Below are positions 57,511 through 64,000 of a DNA stretch of 64,000 nt, in pieces. The position numbers and the translations under genes were made by a program. Origin of the DNA: a virus (Duplodnaviria; Caudoviricetes); IMG/VR virus record IMGVR_UViG_3300046694_000619; one strand, given 5' to 3'. Position 1 is the stretch's first letter. Every line of letters begins with the position of its first letter. A model generated the notes under the pieces. It worked only from the letters and a program-made list of their open reading frames with translations, was not told where the DNA came from and ran no database searches.

Positions 57511-57780
57511 ATGACCACAACCGTTTACATCGTTCCCGCCATGACGGACCAGGCTGGCCAGTGCCGTATCGTATCTCGCGAAGGCGAGTTCGATTCGGCT
57601 CGCGACGACTACCGTCTGAATCCCGACGCCTGGAAGGAAATCGGCATCATGAATTCGCGCGGCAAGCTCGTCTGCCTCGAGGCGGGAAACCTCGACATCG
57701 TTGACGAGCTCAAGGCCAGCGAACCCCTGATGGCCGGATTGGTGTTCGAGGTAGAAGACGTTCAAGCGCTCGTCGCTTGA
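57511..57780 (+). CDS. hypothetical protein
   Basis: 89 aa, AGGA RBS. Confidence 0.6.
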   Translation: MTTTVYIVPAMTDQAGQCRIVSREGEFDSARDDYRLNPDAWKEIGIMNSRGKLVCLEAGNLDIVDELKASEPLMAGLVFEVEDVQALVA

Positions 57781-58049
57781 TTTGCAGTCGAACTCCGGGC
57801 CGTCTTTGACGGCCTTTTTTTCGAGATTAGAAATTTCAACGGTACTCGGCGTCAGCACATCTTTTTGATGAAACACGCCTACAGAGCCTTGATGATTTTA
57901 AAACGTCGCAAATAGCACAGTCAAAAGCACGCCTGATTTCATAGTCATTTCCTAAACGCTCACATTTGGGTATCCACAAATGCCGATTTTGCCGTCGCCA
58001 GCCGTTCTATACGAATTAGGTCAAATTGGTTTTGAGTGAGAAGGCAAAC

Positions 58050-58589
58050 ATGAAAGAGCGAAAAACTGCAAGTCGTGCTGAGTTTGAGCTTTTGGCCGAC
58101 ATGCTGACAGACCTGGCGAAAGCTGAGTATCTGTCTTGTGTTGAGCTGATGCCCAAGCTTGTGGTGATGGGGCTGGACCCGTTGGTTTCGGGGCAACCCG
58201 GATACCGTTTTGGACAGGTTCCCATTGCGGAGTTGATGACGAGCACCGCCGGTATTCCCGGGGAGGTTGTCATCGCGGCGCTCATCGAGCGGCTGGCCCA
58301 GGACCCGGAAATACTGGTCGTGGGACATGTCGCCGAAGCGTGGCGCGCGCAATACACGAAGGAAGCCCGAGAGAAGCTGGGCCCCGTCGTGAATCCGGAA
58401 GATGCGCCGAATCGGGAAGAGGTGCTGCTGTTGAATCTGCATTCGACCAGCTGCACCGCGCTGATGACGTGCAAGCTGGTTCGGGAGGGCCTTACGACCT
58501 TGGTTCAGAAGGGCGATTTGCTTTTCCATCCACGGCCAACTGACGGTCATCTGGGCCGGTACACTAACACGACAGGAGAAAACACATGA
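58050..58589 (+). CDS. hypothetical protein
   Basis: Start revised to MKERKT. Confidence 0.6.
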   Translation: MKERKTASRAEFELLADMLTDLAKAEYLSCVELMPKLVVMGLDPLVSGQPGYRFGQVPIAELMTSTAGIPGEVVIAALIERLAQDPEILVVGHVAEAWRAQYTKEAREKLGPVVNPEDAPNREEVLLLNLHSTSCTALMTCKLVREGLTTLVQKGDLLFHPRPTDGHLGRYTNTTGENT

Positions 58590-58840
58590 AGGAACGGGAA
58601 GAGCTGATGTTCGGGTGCGACCCGAAAGCCATGATGGTTGAGCTTGAGCAACATATCAAGCGCAACGGTCTTGGCATGGTGCTCACGAGCATGTTGAGTG
58701 ATGTTCAGGAAATGCTCGAAATGCGCCGCGGCGAAGATGCTCGCAAGGCTTTGAACCGCATCAAGTACATCATCGGGGAGCAGGTGCCCAGCGTACGCGA
58801 TGTGCAAGATGCCGAAGAAGCAGGGCCGCCCGCAGCTTGA
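58586..58840 (+). CDS. hypothetical protein
   Basis: AGGAG RBS, overlap with the upstream stop. Confidence 0.6.
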   Translation: MKEREELMFGCDPKAMMVELEQHIKRNGLGMVLTSMLSDVQEMLEMRRGEDARKALNRIKYIIGEQVPSVRDVQDAEEAGPPAA

Positions 58841-58864
58841 AGTTGGATAGTTCGCAGTAACTCG

Positions 58865-58891
58865 AAAAGCCACTCTTATGAGTGGCTTTTT
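58865..58891. terminator. bidirectional intrinsic terminator
   Basis: aaaagccactc-ttat-gagtggcttttt between convergent genes. Confidence 0.8.
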
Positions 58892-58963
58892 CATTGTCGG
58901 GTGTCGCGCGCCCCGCATAAAAATGGCCGCTCGGAAAGAGCAGCCATTGAGGGGTGAGGCGTA

Positions 58964-59347
58964 TCAGTAGATGTAGCCTTCGTACGTGTCGACGATGTCG
59001 ACCATGTTTGCCTTCGCGTACTCGTGAGCCTCGTCGACTTCATCGAATCGCCGGCCGGGAGCGAACATCGCGCGGTCGTTGTCGTAGCTGCCCGAGGTAA
59101 CGCGCATCGTTCCATCCTTGAAGTACGATTCCGTGGCATGACGCTTCGCCTCGTCGAGCACGGCCGGCGGCACAGCTTCGTAATAGCCGTACTCCTGGCT
59201 ATCGAAGGGGAGGTCAATCCAGTCCCACACGGCCTTGTTGACCAGTGTGACCTGGATGTCACCGCCGCCTTCCAGCACGACCAGATACAACTGCTCGCGC
59301 GGGGCTGCGATGTCTTGCTGGGCTGCTTCTTGAATTACTGCGGACAT
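58964..59347 (-). CDS. acidic hypothetical protein
   Basis: 127 aa, GAGGA RBS. Confidence 0.65.
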   Translation of the reverse strand: MSAVIQEAAQQDIAAPREQLYLVVLEGGGDIQVTLVNKAVWDWIDLPFDSQEYGYYEAVPPAVLDEAKRHATESYFKDGTMRVTSGSYDNDRAMFAPGRRFDEVDEAHEYAKANMVDIVDTYEGYIY

Positions 59348-59497
59348 GATGCTTTCCTCGGATGTGTTGTGCGCATTAGGCTGGCGCCTGGCGCGCGATT
59401 GAAGTGTGTTGCCTGCCTCGGAGTATAGAAATCAGCGTGTTCGGACCGCGCGCGCAAAAAGAAAACGCCGACACGGAGGTCGGCGCAGAGGTGATGC

Positions 59498-60103
59498 TTA
59501 AATATCTTGAAGTACCTTCTTTTCGTGCATGACGAAGTCCGCGTATCCCTTGGCATTGCCGGAATACCGGACCAGCGCCGGCTCTTCGTCTCCGTTCGTC
59601 TCCTTGATGTACTGCTCAAGAATCTGAGCACCCACGCGGATGTTGACGTGCGGGTCGAAGAGCGATTCCTTGTTGCCGAGCTTTTCGGCGTGCTCGCGCC
59701 GAACCACCTGCATCAGGCCTTCAGCACCGTAGCCGCTGACCACCTTGCGACGCAGGCTGCTCTCTTTTTGAATGACCGCAAGGATGAGCTCAGGCTCGAC
59801 ACCGGGGTGCCGGGCAGCTTCGCGCCAGGCCAGGTTCACATACTGATTTGCTTCATCCTTCGGTACCTTGTACTTCGAGGCAAGGTACTGCGTGATGTTG
59901 CGCTTTCGTTCCGCCACGCTCTTCATCGGCTTGTCCACCGGGCACGCCGCCGCGGGTAGCTCCTCGATGATGAAGGGCTCAAATGCCGGCGGCCGGGGTT
60001 GAACCACTCGAACCAGCGCCCATACCAGCAGGCCTGCAAGAACGAACCCGGAAACTGCTAGAAACAACTGACCACGACCACTACGAGTTGAAAAAGTCAT
60101 CAT
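59498..60103 (-). CDS. SLT-family lytic transglycosylase
   Basis: AVIQKESS, GAEGLMQV, NIRVGAQIL, N-terminal TM; start revised using the AGGAGG RBS. Confidence 0.9.
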   Translation of the reverse strand: MMTFSTRSGRGQLFLAVSGFVLAGLLVWALVRVVQPRPPAFEPFIIEELPAAACPVDKPMKSVAERKRNITQYLASKYKVPKDEANQYVNLAWREAARHPGVEPELILAVIQKESSLRRKVVSGYGAEGLMQVVRREHAEKLGNKESLFDPHVNIRVGAQILEQYIKETNGDEEPALVRYSGNAKGYADFVMHEKKVLQDI

Positions 60104-60213
60104 TTGTCCTCCTGCATCCGTATAGGTAACAACGGGAGGAGGGTGTGGCACTAGCAAATATTGCGTATTTTATGCTATAATCACAAAATACGATTATCCA
60201 GACGAAGTCAAAA

Positions 60214-60711
60214 ATGAAACACATCGAAGCAGGAAAAAACTATCTGTTCACCAAGTCCGGCAATGAAGTGCGCACGATTGCGCCGACGACGCGCTACCGT
60301 GGCCAGGCCATGTGGGAAGTGGAGCGTGTGAGCGGCCAGAGCGCTGGCAAGCGCATGGATGTGCCCGAGCGTGCGCTTGAGCCTGTCGCGAACAACAACC
60401 ATGTGCTGTTCCTGAACACACCCGAAGGCAATGCGTGTCTCGTGCTGGCGCGGCAAGGACGCTCTTACATGGTGCGGTCATTCGCCGTTCAGGACCGCGA
60501 TGAGCTCTGCCTGGCGTTTGCGCCGCAGGTGCCGGGGTTCGAGAATCTGGACACCGGTTCGTCCGTGGCGCAGCGATTCAAGCTGTCGACCATGGTTCGC
60601 TACGGCGACGTCGTGCTTACCAACACCGTGATGCGCGCCGATTCTATCGAGGACCTGGAGCAAACCTTGAAGCGAGCTCAGGTGCGCGTCTTCAACCACC
60701 AGGATTTCTAA
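60214..60711 (+). CDS. hypothetical protein
   Basis: 165 aa after a TGCTATAAT promoter. Confidence 0.65.
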   Translation: MKHIEAGKNYLFTKSGNEVRTIAPTTRYRGQAMWEVERVSGQSAGKRMDVPERALEPVANNNHVLFLNTPEGNACLVLARQGRSYMVRSFAVQDRDELCLAFAPQVPGFENLDTGSSVAQRFKLSTMVRYGDVVLTNTVMRADSIEDLEQTLKRAQVRVFNHQDF

Positions 60712-60826
60712 GCCAGTTCGCGGATACGTACCTGTGACCGACGTCACAGGTCGAGCAGCCATAGAATCGCTATACCCGAGAGTCATCCAGCCAGCCAACC
60801 GCGTTCACCCGCCAACGTCAGACTAA

Positions 60827-61276
60827 TTGCAAATGCCCGTAGTCGTATACATCCTGCCCTACATTTTCCTTACCGTGTACTGGTACGACTCGAATGCGCC
60901 TTGGTACGTGGACACCTACCTTGCGGGCATCAATATGACGGCGATGGTCGCGTTCTTCGTCGACAAGCAGCGGGCCGTCAACGGCGAATGGCGCATCCCT
61001 GAAGTCAGACTGCACCTGTTGACCCTCGCAGGCGGTGTGCTCGGCAGCGGTGCCGGAATGGTGCTGGCCCATCACAAGATTCGCAAGCTGTCTTTTCACG
61101 CCATGTACTTCGTGGGCGTCGTGACGTTTTGCCTGATTGCGAGCGCCCTGGCACCCTCAGCCTCGAAAGCAGGCGCCAACGCAGTGACGCCGGCTACGTC
61201 GGCGAGAAACTCCGGCACTTCGCACCAAGCACATCCGCATGCCCGGCACCACGTCGCGGGGCAGCACGCTTCCTGA
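60827..61276 (+). CDS. DUF1294 family membrane protein
   Basis: DKQRA..GEWRIPE..LHLL..AGG..G...HKIRK. Confidence 0.85.
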   Translation: MQMPVVVYILPYIFLTVYWYDSNAPWYVDTYLAGINMTAMVAFFVDKQRAVNGEWRIPEVRLHLLTLAGGVLGSGAGMVLAHHKIRKLSFHAMYFVGVVTFCLIASALAPSASKAGANAVTPATSARNSGTSHQAHPHARHHVAGQHAS

Positions 61277-61359
61277 GTCCAGCAGCACGCAACGGCATTT
61301 TGTTGCGGCATCGCGCAATTATCGCTATACTAGGGTAATCCCTAAGTATTCAGATAATC

Positions 61360-61545
61360 GTGAAGACTCTAACCAACGCACTGACCGGGCTCCTGTCCCG
61401 GATTTTCGACTCCCTGATGGACGCCGAACGCCGGCGTCGCGACGCCTATCTTGCGCGGGCGACTGACCTCGCAGACCTCGAGCGGCGTATTCGTGAGCTG
61501 AGCTCCGAGCAGGGCCAATCCTCTTTTTACCTCGCAAGGGCTTAA
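61360..61545 (+). CDS. DUF3563-like small protein
   Basis: ERRRRDAYLARATDLADLERRIREL. Confidence 0.7.
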   Translation: MKTLTNALTGLLSRIFDSLMDAERRRRDAYLARATDLADLERRIRELSSEQGQSSFYLARA

Positions 61546-61547
61546 TC

Positions 61548-61754
61548 ATGGGCATCATCGCTTTTTTGCTTGCGCGCTTCATGCCGCGCGCTCAGTTTCA
61601 ACCGAACGACCGGGTCAACCTGGTCGAACATGGCAACGTCGCTCGCTACGATGGCGTCGTGATTGCCGACACGCCGCAGGGCGTGCTGGTCGAGTGGCCC
61701 AAGGGCGGCTCACGCCTGAGCGCCCCGGGCGAGCTGGTCCGGCTCGTGGCATGA
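61548..61754 (+). CDS. small SH3/KOW-like hypothetical protein
   Basis: 68 aa, FQPNDRV...GVV...VLVEW. Confidence 0.5.
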   Translation: MGIIAFLLARFMPRAQFQPNDRVNLVEHGNVARYDGVVIADTPQGVLVEWPKGGSRLSAPGELVRLVA

Positions 61755-61918
61755 CAACCGAGCGCTCCAGTATTTGTTAACAAAGCCCGCCTCCCGCGGG
61801 CTTTGTTGTATTTGTCAAGGCGGAACTGTTAACTTAACGCGATTTTTCTGGTGTCAAGTGGAAAATGATGATATACGTTCGTCCGAGGTTCTCATAACCA
61901 CAGGAGTTAACAACCCCG

Positions 61919-62314
61919 ATGAGCACCAACACCATTTTTCAAAAACTCGGTCTTGTTGTCGTGAGCGAGGACAAGGGCGTCTACCAACTGCGGCCGCTCG
62001 AGGAACATGGCGACCGGAAAAGCGATTTGGTGGGACTGCTGTTCTCCGCAACCCCGCTCGACAAGCAGCCGGCCCATATTCAGCTGTTCCTGCAGGAAAG
62101 CTCGGCTGAAGTGCCGGCCGCGCGCATCGTCTACCACTGGCAAACGCTGGACGCCCGGCGCTTCGCCGAATCTGGACTCGAGCCGCGTGAACTGGAGGTA
62201 TCGGCGGACCGCATTCCCGAACGCGCCAACGTGAAGAATTTCACTCGCCCCGACGGCGTGCGCATGCGCCACGCGGTGACGCTGACCACAGGAGAGGTTG
62301 TTTGCTACAACTGA
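61919..62314 (+). CDS. hypothetical protein
   Basis: 131 aa, overlaps the start of the ADP-ribosylglycohydrolase gene. Confidence 0.6.
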   Translation: MSTNTIFQKLGLVVVSEDKGVYQLRPLEEHGDRKSDLVGLLFSATPLDKQPAHIQLFLQESSAEVPAARIVYHWQTLDARRFAESGLEPRELEVSADRIPERANVKNFTRPDGVRMRHAVTLTTGEVVCYN

Positions 62315-63213
62315 TTTCGAAGCTCGCGCCTCCCTGGAGCGGCGCCGTCACCGCCGCGCTCGTCGGCGATGCTTTTGGTGTTCCTCACGAATTCAAGCAG
62401 CCCAAAGCCATTCCGCCCGCGCATGAGTTGGCGATGGTGATGCCTGCGGCCTATCCGAAGACTTACGCCAGCGTGCCGTACGGCATCTGGTCGGACGATG
62501 GCAGCCAAACGATGGCTCTGCTCGACGCGTTGCTCGCGAGGAACGGGCTTTACAGCGCTGACCTGTTCGGCCGCAACATGCTGGCCTGGCTACACGAGGC
62601 AAAGTATCAGCCCGGCGGCCGGGTCTTCGATTGCGGGAACCAGACGCTTGATGCGCTGACGCAGCTCGAGCGCGGTCTTCCGGTCGAATTCGACGAGTCG
62701 CGGTGCGGCAATGGCAGCCTGATGCGCGTGCTGCCTGTCGCAGCGCTGCCAGATTCGCTTGGCATCAATCCGGTTGATGCCCTCCGTTTCGCAATGGAGC
62801 AGTCTGCGCTGACGCACCCGCAGGCGCTCGCGCGCGTGAGCTGCGCGTTGTACGTCCAACTCGCCTGGCTCGCGCAGCCCGGCAGCCGGGGACTCCGCGC
62901 GCGAATGCCGGAAGCTGCGAGAGCACTCAAGGAATCGGGCGTGCTGACGGCGCGCGACCAGACCGCGCTGTCCACCATCCTTGCGTTCGGCGAGCAGCAG
63001 CCAACGAACTCGGGCTACGTCGTGGATAGCCTTTGGTCTGCGATTGATGCGGTCGACCACGCCAGCAGCCTGAGCGACGCGCTTTGTCGGGCGGTGAGTC
63101 TGGGTTCGGACACGGACACCGTCGCGTGCATCGCCGCTGGCCTGGCTGCCCTGGTGTTCGGATGGGATGAGACGGCGCACGGATGGCGCCGCCAGATGAC
63201 GATGCTGACGTAG
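62302..63213 (+). CDS. ADP-ribosylglycohydrolase (DraG/ARH family)
   Basis: GDAFG, WSDDG, GNGSLMR, SALTH, GSDTDTVACIAAGLA. Confidence 0.92.
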   Translation: MLQLISKLAPPWSGAVTAALVGDAFGVPHEFKQPKAIPPAHELAMVMPAAYPKTYASVPYGIWSDDGSQTMALLDALLARNGLYSADLFGRNMLAWLHEAKYQPGGRVFDCGNQTLDALTQLERGLPVEFDESRCGNGSLMRVLPVAALPDSLGINPVDALRFAMEQSALTHPQALARVSCALYVQLAWLAQPGSRGLRARMPEAARALKESGVLTARDQTALSTILAFGEQQPTNSGYVVDSLWSAIDAVDHASSLSDALCRAVSLGSDTDTVACIAAGLAALVFGWDETAHGWRRQMTMLT

Positions 63214-63360
63214 GCTTCGAAGCAGGCGGACGAGGGTGTCCGCCTCAGGCCCCCGGGGAACCTAGCCACATAAGAGCCGCAGAAATAAGCATTGCGAGCG
63301 GCATTCCTCGTCGCAGTTCGAGCAGCGACAACATGACGAAGGTAAGGAATCGCATAGGCC

Positions 63361-63990
63361 TTAGTCGCGGCGAAGCCGGTTAGGCACGATGGCCTGGTGC
63401 CTCCAGTGGTCGTCCGTCTGAACGTGGTCCTTGCGGACCCACTTGGCCATCGACTGTGCAAAATCCTCGAAGCGGAACCGGCCGGCCAGGCGCATAACAA
63501 GGCCTTCTTCCACCTCAGTGTCGAGCTCGCGCACGACCTGATGAATCACCTTCTCGTCAAAGATACCTCGCCACTTTACCGGCACCGGCTCAATATCGAG
63601 CAGCTGGAAGACTTCGATTGTGTTGTCCCAGTCAAGTGAGGTGTTCGTCTCGTCCCAGACAGAAAACCCTTCGAAGTAGCTCTTCAGGTCTGTGTACGCA
63701 ATCGAATGCAGCGCGTACAGGTTCTCGCCGCAGATGCGCCAGCCTTCCGGGATGTCATGGGCGAACTTAGCGTGCCACGCTGCCACCCAGTCGCGCGACG
63801 GATGATGGGCGCTGTCGACCGACTTGGCGTGGAAGCCATCCCGGTACAGGTTCGTGTTCTCGCCGTCGCGCTTTGACGTGATGACGACAGGCTTGCCCTC
63901 AAAGTGGCTTAGCGAGCGCAGCACCTTGTCCTGGCGTCCGATACCAGGCGAGAAGGGCATGTGAGGCGTAGTCGGGTACTTTTGTCTCAT
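63361..63990 (-). CDS. RNA ligase family nucleotidyltransferase
   Basis: KYPTTPHMPFSPG, KRDGEN (motif I), ICGENL, EGLVMR, AKWVR. Confidence 0.85.
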   Translation of the reverse strand: MRQKYPTTPHMPFSPGIGRQDKVLRSLSHFEGKPVVITSKRDGENTNLYRDGFHAKSVDSAHHPSRDWVAAWHAKFAHDIPEGWRICGENLYALHSIAYTDLKSYFEGFSVWDETNTSLDWDNTIEVFQLLDIEPVPVKWRGIFDEKVIHQVVRELDTEVEEGLVMRLAGRFRFEDFAQSMAKWVRKDHVQTDDHWRHQAIVPNRLRRD

Positions 63991-64000
63991 GGCAGGGTAC

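Noticed and set aside
57780-58000. Replication origin (AT-rich gap with a DnaA-box-like GTATCCACA)
   Set aside because: A single mismatched box, no iterons and no rep gene nearby.

Overview
GC-rich (about 60%) accessory DNA with the look of a Burkholderiales megaplasmid or jumbo-phage-like element. It has many short hypothetical genes, each with its own promoter and terminator. I recognise no rRNA, tRNA, CRISPR, virion or conjugation genes, so plasmid versus phage cannot be settled from this window. Recognisable cargo: Ser/Thr phosphatase, PspA/DUF2491 module, NUDIX hydrolase, a tyrosine recombinase with degenerate catalytic motifs, NAD-dependent DNA ligase, orphan DndC-like PP-loop protein, NYN-CSD protein, ERCC4 nuclease, Lon-like AAA+ ATPase, MazG-like protein, dNMP kinase, HU, ArdC-like protein, ADP-ribosylglycohydrolase and RNA ligase. 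Highlights: (1) A near-identical promoter/operator (25/27 nt) precedes both an NAD-rebuilding locus (Prs-like + NAMPT-like + NrtR) and a distant, uncharacterised operon (J-domain pseudokinase, vWA, TerD-like protein with a structured RNA leader, adenylosuccinate-synthetase homologue with a rewired substrate loop). This suggests an ADP-ribose-sensing counter-defence regulon. (2) A minimal four-gene polysaccharide system: NodC/HAS-like synthase, MFP-like protein, putative outer-membrane channel and nucleotide-sugar dehydrogenase. (3) A stand-alone sRNA of about 125 nt with a perfect sigma70 promoter. (4) A recurrent CTATAC promoter-like motif. (5) Apparent complete absence of GATC. All family calls are by eye from motifs; no searches were run.
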